DNA of 62,978 bases, the filler included, from Sphacelaria rigidula (taxonomy: Eukaryota): NCBI GenBank assembly GCA_964200075.2. It is 8 parts of 8 records of this genome, joined end to end, with 100 filler letters (N's around TTAATTAATTAA, not from the genome) between each part and the next. Parts side by side here need not be neighbours in the genome. Positions count along the whole stretch, not along the records: positions 47,313 to 55,095 come from CAXNAA020013469.1; positions 55,196 to 62,978 come from CAXNAA020013470.1; 6 more parts are not named here. One strand, given 5' to 3'. Every line of letters starts with the position of its first letter. The stretch's first letter is position 1. The translations under genes and the position numbers were made by a program. The notes below the pieces were generated by a model that searched no databases, was not told where the DNA came from, and worked only from the letters and a program-made list of their open reading frames with translations. Positions 50,601-62,978 of this stretch are shown piece after piece.

Positions 50601-53600
50601 GACTTTCCTTACCTTGCATTCGCAGCGTGCACAAAGCAAGGGAGGGGGATGTTAAGGCAGATATCGGCTTTACAAATAGTAGGCGTCTCGAAGCACGCAT
50701 GTCATGTGCAATAGGTCGTATTCCATTCGCATTTTAGTGTTATTCTCCAGTATGGTGTGTTGTGTGCCCAGTCTGTCACAACTCTTCCAACTTCCACCAC
50801 CAAGCAACTTCGGTTCTGGCTAACCAGTAGCCAGGCCTAATAACAAAGCTATCAGCCACCACTTGGAGACATCTCGCTTGCCAGCAAGTCAAGAGCACCT
50901 CTCTGCACGTTAAAGTAAGCCTGTGGTTTGCATGAAGCATGCAGTGCTGTTTGAACCGAACTTTCTGGCGAGTCTCTGGTGTAACACAACTGCTTGCTGC
51001 AGTACCGTTTATGCTGGCCGCTGGTGTTTCACCACCCCCAGCCTATGTCTCACGAGCCTAGTACGCCCACCCTGAAACTCGACCACAACATGGTGACCAA
51101 TCGAGAATATAGGCAGTACTGCATAGTCACATCGCTGTAGAGCTGCACTGCTTCACGGATTATCTGCGTACTGGGTAGCGCAACAGTTGTGCCTTCTGTA
51201 CGGCTTCAGGCGGACGGATAACCGATCGCGTGACAAATTTTAAAGTTTCAAACTTTTGCATTTTTTTGTGACAGATCAGAGCTGCAACACGCAGTTGTCT
51301 CGTGTGCTCGGTGCCTCCCGCACCAAAGCGGCACTGGAAGTATATCCTACTGTGCACCCTGCCATACGGCTCTGGGTGCTCACGGTGTGGTCGCCCACAT
51401 GCACCATCGTCACAACACAATGCTGCAGATAGCATGCGGCCGCCTGTACACGAGCTTGTGCTGGAAAACGAGCGAATTTTAAAAGTTCTGTTTACGCCTC
51501 TCAGTGCAGTACACATTCTTTCATGAGAGGTCTGGTTGTTACAACGTGCGCATTGTATATTAAGTGCTTTGTAGGCTGCAGGTAAGTGCTGTTGTCCCAC
51601 TCCCAGAGAGTGAAGTGGCCCGAGACGGTAACCGGCGAACATGCGTGCGCAGAGTACACATAGCCAGCAGTTCGGGGTAAAGTCCACCTGGAGGTAATTA
51701 TATATGAAGGCTGTTGATTGCTTGCGAACAGTCAGATACTCGGAGACCGCACTCAGCGTGCAATGTTCGCGGTTCAGATGTGTCTTTCATGTCGTGCTCC
51801 TACTAGATCTGGTGCCGCGGTACCTACCCATCTCAGCCAGGTACGTGTTCGTTTAGTGTTTGCACTGTGTTAGCCATGTACGTGATCGCATGGTGTTTGC
51901 ACTGTACTACGTACGGTGGCAGCGTGTTTGTCTTGTTTGCAACTTTGTACCAAAGAACTCCGAGCGCACGCACAGGACTGCCCGAGCAATTGTTTGGATC
52001 ATTCTCTGTGAGTCCGAATGAATTTCTGACCAACATACGGGGCATCTATGCTGGAGTGATCCTGGTGGCGAAAAATGTTCAACGCCCGGCAAATGACGAA
52101 AAGCCCCTAGTATATGATTGATTGATGTGCAACATTGTAAAAAGCCATTACGCGGCGGGTTAAGTCGTATGGATTCGCTTCCGCTACTCGTCACATCATG
52201 TCGCCTCTACATTGGGATCTTCTCATCTTACCTTTCGACACATCATATCAACTGGACAATCGGTATCGTCACTTCACTACATGGGGCAACCTACCGTCAC
52301 TTCATGGGGCAAACAACTTTTCGCCACGACACTACAGAGGCATCGTGGCTTCACGTCGGCAAACTTGGGGCAACCGGTGCCGTTGCCCGGCAGTAGTAGA
52401 TACATCAAGTTTATAAGATCCTACGTGCAGGGCTCACGCCTTGATCATTTTTTTTGTCCACACCCATCCTCTACTGTAGCGTTGCGTTTGATTTTTCCTT
52501 TGACAGCGACCCATACTTTATTTCTATTTTATCTTATTCTATTTTAGCTTATTCTATATTATTTTATTATATTCTGTTTTTATCTACTATTCAGGGTTCT
52601 TTTTTTTGAAGTTCTGGAATTGCGCACAAACATCGGAAGAGTACGCACTAATACTACACCCCCCGGTCCGCCCCTGCCGCTATTGCTGTTCGATTTTGCT
52701 CGCTCCTGTTGCCCCGAACGTGCCTGCGCAATGCCGCGAGTCATACCATGGTCGTTGGTATCGCATCATACTATGTTTATTTCCTCTCCCGCTGGTATTT
52801 TTCTTGCTGTTGAATTGTTTCTCTTTCGCTATCACACTGTTTATACTAGTGATCCCTTACCGTCATTGTCTGTATTTAGCAGTCGTAGCCCACGATGCAC
52901 TATTTGCGTCATTCTCTCATTTCACCGACTCAATGTTTCTTTTTTCCCTTTTGGCCCACTGTCTGCCGTATGGTACCCCCTTGATTTTCTGCCGTTTTTC
53001 TTCTCTCTTTCTACATTTTCAGTTATGTTCTCCCTACTACCCGTGGCAAATTTACTCTGAAACCATCTTCGCTACTTGTTCTTGCTACTTTTATGTTGCA
53101 AGCGTACAGCTCCGCCCATCCATGGTGTTTTTTGGCAAATATTTTGCTAGAGTCATTGCCTGACGCACGAAAGTACACCCCAGGTAAATCTGTCTTGAGG
53201 AACCTGCGATGGCAAACTCCAGGGACGACCACTAAGCGCAACGAAAGCCAACTCAGGATAACGGGTGAGATTAGGCATCGACAGCGACTCCACCAATCGT
53301 AGCCAATGGTGATTTGCTAGACATTTGACAAGATGGTGTAACCATATTTCGGGAAGGTTGTAGCGTAAGGTTAACAGGTGGGTGAATCGGCGAAACAGGA
53401 GCTGGTAGGCGTCCTGCTGGGCTCTCTGGACACTGGGCTGTTCTCCACGGACCCGAAGCAAGTTCTGGTCACCACCAACGGTGAGCTACAAATACCCCTT
53501 GTTTGAGAGTACTGTACTCCATTCGCAGCAAATCAACGCCACTTTTTTGTCGAGTAGCGTCACGTAGCTCCCCAAGTGGTAGACCTGAGACCGCTCGAAC

Positions 53601-53949
53601 AGCACCGATCAAGATTCCGTAACAGGTATGAGTGCTGGTCATTCCGCACAGTTAGCGAAGGTACGAAGGTAGGCGAAGTGCTTTCCGCAGGGGGGGGAAC
53701 GCCTACTTCATCCGGCAGACCTCGAACTGGACACAGTGACGAAGTCTCGTGCTCTGTAGATCCTTACCAATGCATCCAATCTGATCGCCAGCAAGGAGAC
53801 CCTTGGAGAAAATAGGTGCAATCGGACCTGAGGGGGGCGTGCTCACTCGTTGATTGCCTTAATCGTTCGACCACTGACCGCGCATCCCTCTCGGGACGGT
53901 GCACCTCTCCTACTCCTAATAGAGACACTTTCAACATTCCGGCGCGCAT

Positions 53950-54971
53950 TACGCTTCTTTCATAACTCATGACGTTCCTTCCACACATTGCGCAAATCCC
54001 TCCCACATATCTAATATATCAGACGATTTCATGCCACCTTCGTTCACGTCCCGTATTTCCCCCTCTAGCACGTCCCGTTCCTCCTTGCATAGTTCACTTT
54101 GTGCCACTTTATGACTTCTGCTCTCTATTGCTTTGCCACAGAGGCAGTTTTGTCAATCTACTTCCTCCTCTTTCCGACCACTAGTATACCACTTTCTTCT
54201 TTCCGGCAGGTCCAGGTCTTTCCCCGAAACCGCAGTTTCAGTTTGTTCGCCGCGTCCACGGGGCCATGCAGATATGTTTTCTTTCCGATCCCCCTCCTCA
54301 ACCCCCCGGTTATCTCCTTCCATAGTTTCTCGTTGACTCTACGTCTGAGCGCTCTTTTGTTCCCCTTATTTTTATCATGTTGCTCAATATTGTTCTGTAC
54401 CCCGCGCCTGCATCTAGGGACAGTATTTCGTCTTGGTTCCCTCTTATCTCCTTCCATACTTTCTCGACTTCTCGATCCCATCTTATGGCATTTCCATTCG
54501 TACTTTTCTTTCATACAGCCTCATCAATGACAGCTGGCAGTCTCTTTCCCTGCATGTTCAAGCTGTACTGCCATCTGAATTTCCACATGCCTTCTGTTTG
54601 TTTCAAGTGAGTACATCTCCAACTCTGCTCTCAAATTTGTATTACTCGTCGTTTTCGAGCATCTAAATACCTTCTTAGCTGGTGCTATGTGTACTGTTTC
54701 TAACTTCTTCACCAATTTCACGTCCCACTCCCATACTTCTCCTGCATATTCCAGCTGTGGTACGATCACGTTCATCAGGATACATTTCTCAATCCTAGTG
54801 TCTGGGTGCGGGTCTCTGAGGATCGCGTTCATCCTGCCTAGCTGTGCCTTACCCTTGTATATTAACTTGTTTAATTGTGCATCCCAATAACAATGTTTTG
54901 AGATCTCTACGCCAAGGTATGTATATTGGTCTAGAATCGATAGTTCCTCTCCTCCCCAATTCCACCTGAAA
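53950..54971 (-). mobile_element. LINE RT C-terminal region (downstream part), degenerate
   Basis: FRWNWGEEELSILDQYTYLGVEISK..ILMNVIVPQLEYAGEVW..LRAELEMYSL..GIGKKTYLHGPVDAANKLKLRFR, with frameshifts. Confidence 0.85.
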
Positions 54972-55516
54972 AAGCAAATTGTGCGAAATGAGGTTTATCT
55001 CTGAGATGAGGCTCAAGTGGGCAACTCGACTTGCGAGCTGTTTGTACCAGAAGTACCGAGGACAAGCTTTTATTCGGAAGAAGTAACCTGTGGAGNNNNN
55101 NNNNNNNNNNNNNNNNNNNNNNNNNNNNNNNNNNNNNNNTTAATTAATTAANNNNNNNNNNNNNNNNNNNNNNNNNNNNNNNNNNNNNNNNNNNNAGTCA
55201 GTGCGCTGACTTGTCAGTAGTCTAGTTGGTTGTCTCTTAAACCGTCACAACGCATTGTTCCTACAGCGTGTTTTCTGGACCTTGTATCATAAATGCCGGG
55301 ATCTGCGCATTGCGGTTTAAGCATGCTCCTCTGGACCTTGAAAAAATGTACTCGAATAAAACAAAACAATGAAAACAAATTCACCTAACGCAGGTAATAT
55401 TGCCGCGCGTTCTATATAATGTACGAGTATAACAGGCATCTTAAACCTACTTGGGTTCTTTTACTCAATCACATTTTTTAACAGAAAAAATAAGATCAAG
55501 TTCCTCAAACTCCGGT

Positions 55517-55790
55517 GACAATGATGATCAAAGTTTAGCCTTGACGATGATGATCGAAGTTCAGCGTTGACGATGATGATCGAAGTTCAGCGTTGACGAT
55601 GATGATCGAGGTTGAGCGTTGACGATGATGATCAAAGTTTAGCCTTGACGATGATGATGGAAGTTCAGCGTTGACGAAGATGATCGAGGTTGAGCGTTGA
55701 CGATGATAATCGAGGTTGAGCGTTGACGATGATAATCGAAGTTGAGCGTTGACGAAGATGATCGAAGTTGAGCGTTGACGATGATGCTGA
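55517..55790. repeat. 26-bp minisatellite, about 10 copies
   Basis: Unit ttgacgatgatgatcgaagttcagcg at 55541, 55567, 55593 and onward, with no spacers. Confidence 0.92.
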
Positions 55791-55841
55791 AGATATATAT
55801 CCTGCCAGATTAATATCCGTCATCTCCCAAATTCGGTTATA

Positions 55842-56285
55842 AACCCGGGATCTTACAAATTGGGGATGGATTTTTTATTGGGGATGAGAAATCCGGCGGA
55901 TTAAAATCTTCGTATCTACACCGAATCTTCAAAATATTGTTCCATTTCTTCACCTTCTGATAGCTATTAATAACTGCTACACGCCATAGAAATTTTGATT
56001 TCGATCACCGAAATGTTGGAATCCTAGGTAAATAAACAATTTTGGGGAATTCCGGGTGTCCGAACGGACGCCAAAATGGTTCCGAAATTGTTTTTTCACC
56101 TAGGACCCCAACATTTCGGTGATCGAAATCCAAATGTCTATGGCGTGTTGCAGTTGTCAATAGCTATCAGTAGTTGAAGAAATGGAACCATATTTCGAAG
56201 ATTTGGTGTGGATACGAAGATTTTAATCCACCGGGTTTCTCATCCCCAATAAAAGATCTATCCCCAATTTGTAAGATCGCGTGTT
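55842..56285. mobile_element. Foldback MITE inserted in the Copia RNase H C-terminus, flanked by TATA
   Basis: About 200-bp imperfect inverted arms. TATA occurs at 55838-41 and 56286-89. Confidence 0.8.
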
Positions 56286-59200
56286 TATAGCCTTCAGCAG
56301 TCTCTGATGTACGATTCTATCACAGCTTTTGGTGAGAAGATCCGCTAGTTGTTCTGAAGATCGTACATAGTGTATCCTTAGTTGTCCGGCTCGAATCATA
56401 TTTTTTAAATTAAAGAATCGTATCGCCGGGTGTTTCGAGCTGGTGCTGAAGTTGGCGTTTGAAGACAGTTGAAGTGCGCCTTGTGAATCCGAGCGGATAG
56501 TCGCGGGCACAATAGATGACCATCCAAGCTCTCGTATCAGATTGAAGAGATACGTTCCGAATTTGCCGCATTCCGAAAGGGCAATTAACTCGGCTTCTGT
56601 CGTTGAAGTAGCTGTTATACGTTGGAAGTTCGAAGTTAAATGAACTAGCCCGTTAGACAGAAAAAACAACGTCCCCGTTGTTGATCGCAATTTCCCCTAA
56701 AGTCCGGCATTACAACAGCTTGTGGTTCTCCTGTCGTTGGGTCGAACGTCTTGAAGCCAGGCGGTTGCCTCTGGAATACTGTTGCCTGTAGCTTGCCGTT
56801 CAAGAAAGCAGTTTGTACGTCGAGGGCTAAAATAGGCCATTTTTTCGCAGTAGCAATTGCCAGTAACAGCCGCTGACTTTCCAACCTGCAAAATGGAGCG
56901 ACCTGTTCAACTCCGACAGTGCCTATGTACTGACATACCGTTTCCAGTGTTGCTGCAGCATGTTGACCCCCAGGAGACATGGAAGCTAGTCGCTTTAGCT
57001 CACTGGCTTGCCGTTTGTTAACGGATCCAGGAGGATGATGGTTGGGACCGCCAGCTGAACGCAACCTCCTTTGGGCGATAGGCCGCCCTGTAGTCGGTGA
57101 ATTGTCCTCCGTGGTGCTGTCCTCTAGCTGAGCTATACCATCGTAGATATTCATGTTAAAGTTGTTTGTGTCGTTATGATGTTCCTTATCAATAGCAGAT
57201 ACGTCGAGCTCCTGGATATCCAATGTCGAAAACTTTTTATCACTGCAAGGAGCTCCTGTTACTTGTTCGATGAAAGTGACGTTTCTAGAGCTGGATATTT
57301 TTCCCGAGTAGCGGTTGTAAATGCGGTACGATGAACTATCGGAATCATACCCTACTAGCACTCCTTCCCAAGCTTTTTCTTCTAATTTACTGTAATGACG
57401 CTCCCTGTGCACAAATGCCCTCGAGCCAATTGTCCGCAAGGATGATAGCTTCGGGTGCTTAAGAAACATCCGAAAATATGGTGTATCGCCTCCGATGCTC
57501 GTGTTCAGGAGGCGGTTGATTAAAAAGACCGCAGTTGCAGCAGTTTCTCCCCAAAGAAATTTCGGTAAATTCGATTCGTTCAGGAGACAACGTGTAACGT
57601 TCAAGATACTCCGCCCGTCTCTTTCACTGATGCCATTCTGCTGAGGAGTATATGGGCTGGTGAACTCTTGACGGATACCCGTAGTCTTGCAGTACCTCTT
57701 GAAATAATCCGCGATGTGTTCACCTCCACGGTCTGACCGCAGACGGTGTACACGGAGTCCTAAAGGGATAGCCAAATCTTGGATGGACCTGCAGAGCGTT
57801 GTTAGGGTCTCATCCTTCGTTTTGATGAAGTAGACTACCTTGAGACGCGAGAAGTGATCCGTAAACTTTGCCATGTACCGGTAGCCCTCCTGCGCCATGG
57901 GCGTAATCGGTCCTGTTAGGTCAGTGCTGACCAGTTGCAGTCGTTCCGAAATATTCGTGGAGTCTACGATCTTTGGGTGGTCCTGCTATACACTTTTATT
58001 AAGCTTGCACGTTACACAAGGTGATAGTGACCCCTCAAAGTTCACACCTGATTCAGGAATATTCAGAAGACAGCGCATGACCTGCTCCGTTCGATGTCCA
58101 AGTCGCCTATGCCAAATATCTGCTCCTGTCGTGGTAGACAAAGCTGTCGGTTGTGCTCCCGCTGTGGCAGACATGGCTGCTGAAACTCCCGGCATGTCGT
58201 GGTCAATGGCTTCTGCAACGACGGCTGACCCAATGCCCATAGATTCTCCTGACAGAATTGTAGCTGTAAATGCTGAGCTGTTATTAATATTGCCCGGTTT
58301 CGGAGGAACTCTCACGGTGATGTACTCTAACGATCCGTTGTTGTCACTGCTGATTGGCACTTTAGACTTTCCAAGGTCGATATGGGACTCGTGAGAAAAT
58401 ATAGTCGAAGCCCCCTTTGCAAGAGCTTGCACAGGGGAGAACAGATGCTTCCCCAAACCTGGGACAATTACGGCTGAGAGCCGAACAGAACGTTGGAACC
58501 TCCGAGAGTCAATGACCACGGTGTTCAGAACTCCTTTTGCTGCACTATGTAGTAGATGGCGTCCCGCTCTTAAATAGTCATCCGGGGATCGAGTTTGACC
58601 AGCTCGACCATTTCACATTCGATATCGGGTAGCAACTGATCATCCAGAAAGTGTCCAGTGCTGCCGCTATCCACTGTTAACTGAAAAGAAGTTTGATCGG
58701 ATGTATCAGTGACATATGAACCAGAGAGAAAAGAAAACCCCATACCGTTTGGTGGTGATGATGTATCTATCACTGTCGCAGCTGTTGATGAAGAAGTTTG
58801 TAGACCGTTGTTGTTCGATGGTGCGGTTGTAGAAGCTGGATCGGCGACGGCTTTGTTGGCTTGGCGTTGATGTCCATTGGAGTTGTTGCTGCCGATGTTG
58901 CTGTTGTGGTTGCTCGTACTGTTGTTGTTGCTGCTGTTGTCACGGTTGTTATTTCGATGGCGGGGATTTCTGCGACGATGATGGTCATTGTTGTTGTTTC
59001 AAGCGTTGTTGGTCGCATTCCCGCGGTTCTTTTGAGATTTACAATCAGAATCGTCATGCTTGTCAGTATGATGGAAACTGCACCATTTTACAGGCATGTT
59101 CTCGTTATTTGACTGCATTTGGGAGCGACAGTCTCTGGCCTGATGTCCTGGTCTCTCGCAGGTGTAGCAATATCCACGGAATTTCTGGGGTTGATTCAAA

Positions 59201-60339
59201 GATTTCGACAGTGATGTCACCAGCAGTGATGAATCGCGGCCATGCGATTTCCCGGGGGTATATCTCCGCGCCATGCGGTTAGCATACATATTTCGCATTG
59301 TTGTTTCGATGCTCTGAATACTGAGATCTGGATCACGCTCCGCACTGTACTTGATGAGGCCATACTCACTTGTTAAACCTTCGATCACTATGTCAGTCAG
59401 CCTTTCTTCGGAAATGGCCTCGCCAACGTTGTCCAGTTCGTCCCGAAGCTGATACACTTTGCTCAAGAAAGTATCAGGGTGTTGCCCTGGTGACATAGAG
59501 ACGTTGTTGAGTTCTTTCATCAAGATCCTGATTCTCTGCCTCGAAGAATTTTGATACTTGGAAATCAAAGCTTCCCGTGCACGTTTGCCGTTTGGTCTCT
59601 CTGAACCCCTCGGCTGGAAACGCAACAAATAACTCGCTGCAGGACCAGTTGTTCTCAGGTACAAAACGTGGAACAATTGTTGGTTGCACCGGTCCCAATT
59701 GTCTTTCTCACGCGTGTTTGAAATCTGCCTTACATGTGACACCACGCTTGGAGAACGAGATTCTCGTGTAGAATGATGGTCTTCTTCGGTAGGTCCAGTC
59801 CCATCCACCGCTGCGATCGTCTCGTCTCCAGCGGTTGCCTCCACCGATGAGAAATGCGATCGAACGGACGACTGCTGGCGGGTGGTTTGAGCACGAGTTG
59901 TAGCAGGACTAGGTCTTGTGGCAGCTGGTTGTGGCAGATCTACCTCAGAAAAGTCTTCTTCGAGTTCCGCGGGGCGTTCGATCCCGTTGAGGATATTCGC
60001 TATCCCCGGATGAGTTAAAGAAATGATAGCGCGCGTAGAGCGCATCCACTCGACGAACTTTGTACCGTCGAACTTGTTGATGCTCTTGATGGCTCTCCCG
60101 ACATATTCATCTGCCTCACGTTACTAATATAACTATTCTCTTCACACCTGCAGATGTTTTGGAAAGAGCAGGGTTCTCGGACTCTTGGTTGTCGCTGCTG
60201 TGGCGACCTTGATGTGACACCTCCTCGCTCGTGCTGACCGATGTGGTCTTGAACCGAAGGCTGATGACCCGAAGACCTATGTGGTCGCGAATCGAAGGCA
60301 CCTGTTGGCCTGGGTGGTCGCGAAGCGAGGCTGATAACC

Positions 60340-60769
60340 TGTTGGACATTGTTCGCTGGCATGGCACTGTCTCACTGGGCAGTTGAGCAGAGGCTTGCAC
60401 TGTAGCTGTAAAACTGCTTGCGAGGAGCAGTGTAGTAAGACCAAGATGGTGAAGTTCAGCGCTTTTAGCCTTCAGTATCAAACAGCCTCTTTTGCAAGAG
60501 AGAGCTGTGGAAGCAAAACTGGGTTACTGGGGAGAGTGAGAAGCGATGGCGAGCGAGAGCGAGCATCAATACTTTCCACTCCCTGGAGAACAACCAATGC
60601 TGTACGTGAACCAAAAGATCTTAAAACGTACCCTATATTACCATGAAAAAGGTACAGTGTAACGATACATATGTGGTTTACAGTTTCACCTGAACCGTAA
60701 CAAATAACATTCAAGTCGTGCCGCTTATACAGTACAGTATCGTGCAGCGGCGATTTCAATCACACAACA
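60340..60769 (-). repeat. Putative 5' LTR of the Copia element
   Basis: TGTTG...CAACA termini, directly followed by PBS-like GGTTATCAGCC (60339-60329). The outer boundary is unconfirmed because no second LTR is present. Confidence 0.55.
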
Positions 60770-62044
60770 CGAATTGATACTGCCCTGTCTAAGTTTGCAA
60801 CATATTTCGCGCTGTCCTGTGCAGTTTATCACATCATGCACGCAACCGCTTGTATCTGCGGTCAACGTGCACGCGGGATATCATTCTGTAAAGCTCTTCG
60901 TGTTGTAGCTACAGCGTGCGTTTGCTCCATGTTGCGCACTCAGGAGTAAAAGGCCGCCTCTGCTGCTGTCATGGTTGCCTGTATCTTGTGCGAAGCTGTA
61001 TGATAACACAGCCACTATCGTGCGAAAGTCACCTGTAGCGTTTGATGCCGTGGAGATTTTTACACACTGTTGTTGTCTCGAAGTGTAGCGTTCCAGGTAC
61101 CGACTTCAGGTACGAGTATTACACAAATTACAGTCGAAAATATATTCTACACTGCGTGCAGTACACTTCTAACACCGTGTTCGTACCGACTGTAGAATCT
61201 TCGTCCAGGGTCTGGGACGTTTCAACATGATGCAGGATCTGATACATTTTCACATATAATCTGGCGCGGTGAGATGGTGGAGAAACCCACTACATCTGGG
61301 CGAACTGCAGGTAAGGTAATCGCCAAAATATTCACCTGTGAACTCTCCAACAGTGCACTGTAAGTTGATATCGGTAGAAGAATATTACCGGAACTACCTT
61401 GCCGTCTGCCAGACTGTCAGGATCTTGTGTCCACTAGCATCGCTACTGTTTGTACGGGGATGTTGTCCACTTGTCTCTTTTAATCCGGGAGCCCACGTTT
61501 TTTCAATCTGCGACGGTTATGTACGAGCAATTCGAGAGCCAAGTTTTTGAATTTGAGAGCGCCATCTGTACAAACCCGCCTGCGCATAGACGAGCACATG
61601 TGGTGCTCAGCGGGCAAGTGAACCACACGCACATAGTTGACATGAACACAGCTACACAAATAGAGAACATGCTTAGCGGGCAGGGTATACTTGTAACCTT
61701 AACCTTGTTTGGTTTTGAACAACGTCGATCCTGAGGTGTTTCAAACTACGATGCGGACCTAAAAAGGCCATTTTTTAACGAAACAAGGGGAATGATAACC
61801 ATTCCGTGATAATGAGAGTGAAATGACGGCTTACAACTTCATTATCACGAGAAATCACGCGCCGTTCTAATCGAGTATGCTAGGGTAGGAAACAAGTGAT
61901 ACAGAAACGGTAAAGCAGCACGCGAACAGACCAGCGACTTCAAGGAGGGCGGCAATCACGCGCCAGGGGGTATGGGTATTGTCGCAGGTCGAACCACGGA
62001 CCGCGTTCCGCACGAAAAGGAGAAGCAACAACAGCACCTAACGA

Positions 62045-62978
62045 CTGCGGTGTACACGCGTGTCGATGACGATATCACCAGAGAGAGAGAGAAGTAACGA
62101 CAGAGAGGAAGCTCCTCGCCCGTGTCCTTTGTGTGTCCCCACTCGGCGATTACCAAACTCTCGAGAGGCTGACATCATCGATCTCACCAGCATGGGCCAA
62201 ATATTTCGTGTGCCAGAACATCGACGTGCGGAGAGATTCCGTCGTCTCTTCTTGCCTCTCGCCAACGCTAAGATCGATTTTTCTCTGCCTTTCCTTTTGC
62301 ACAGGACGTGCCTTTGTGCGCTGAAAAACATGTCGTTGAAAAAATAGGGCAATGCTCCCGTCACCGCTACTACTGTTCTCTGCCACACACATGCCAGCAA
62401 GGGCGGTGCTGCGGTAATAACAGATAGATCCAATTTGAACTTAGGGGGTATTCATCGTCGATTTTCGCCGACCTCCCCCGACCGGGTGGCCGAGCAGAAG
62501 GGCGTGCCACACGCCAGTTGAGGGGGGCGTATGAGAGATCAAACACTTGTAGAAACCTTTTTGACATGCGGAGTGAAAAATGATACCTATGGTGGTGACC
62601 TAACTGTTGCTAGCGTGGCGCATAGGCAATCTCTGCAGCAGACGCTGGTCGCGTGAACAGCTCGGCACAGCACGAGTAGCTTCCCATAAGTAATAATTAT
62701 TCCGATGTCAGGAGGCCATGGGTTATTGCAAGTTGGGAGGAGAGACGAGAGTGCTCTACGATCAACCACATGTCGTTGCATTCGAGACCCACGCCATCAA
62801 ACCGCCGACAGCAAGGGTCTTGTGGCTTTCACGCGACGCTGTCGGAGGTAAGGCAGGCAAACCGGATCATAGCTACCTTTCGTTGGTCTACCGCACGTCG
62901 GCCCGTCTGCTCAGACGTGGTCACGGTAACAAACTGCACCGAAGTCGCAAGACCTGTGAGAGCTAGAGAGTTTGATTT
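62045..62978 (-). mobile_element. LINE-like fragment
   Basis: Homology to 35960-36560; no intact ORF. Confidence 0.55.

Larger units (their letters stand above)
55820..60769 (-). mobile_element. Decayed Ty1/Copia LTR retrotransposon (5' LTR, PBS, gag, PR, IN, partial RT, RNase H)
   Basis: Gag knuckle CYTCERPGHQARDC; PR VDSGSTGHF; WHRRLGH..CVTC; IN DHFSR..LRSDRGGE..PQQNGISER; RT LDVQTAFLNGKL; RH RSTTG..STTEAE..DSQGA..ADLLTK. Stops, frameshifts and RT deletions are present. Confidence 0.95.

Noticed and set aside
50750..52400. Splice-bounded coding-like segments in contig 7
   Set aside because: They contain internal stops and no recognisable homology, so I cannot support a gene model.
55517..55790. 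CRISPR-like array
   Set aside because: The units are head-to-tail with no unique spacers, there are no cas genes, and the context is eukaryotic.

Overview
This window is not one contiguous locus. It is eight unrelated eukaryotic contigs of descending length (7786, 7786, 7786, 7785, 7785, 7784, 7783, 7783 bp), joined by identical 100-bp artificial spacers (N44-TTAATTAATTAA-N44). The DNA is intron-rich and repeat-dense and most likely comes from a brown alga (an inference from the gene architecture and LINE/SINE families). I reconstructed these spliced host genes by hand: (1) seven exons of a 5'-truncated alpha-carbonic anhydrase (minus, 10886-14852); (2) two exons of Tudor-SN (minus, 15908-19035); (3) two exons of an MpaB'/DUF2236-type membrane-anchored oxygenase (plus, 32061-34979); (4) one symmetric Pmp/adhesin-like repeat exon (30019-30108); (5) a probable first exon of an unknown gene (40974-41081). 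The rest is mostly transposable-element debris: a decayed Ty1/Copia with one LTR and a PBS, Gypsy integrase-chromodomain derivatives, LINE fragments, tRNA-derived SINEs, many MITE/foldback elements, and mini- and microsatellites. I found no CRISPR, no rRNA and no intact tRNA. I cannot confidently claim a new biological system. The best leads are the MpaB-like oxygenase, the atypical alpha-CA, the permuted split-LINE layout of contig 7, and a 100-bp palindromic element family.
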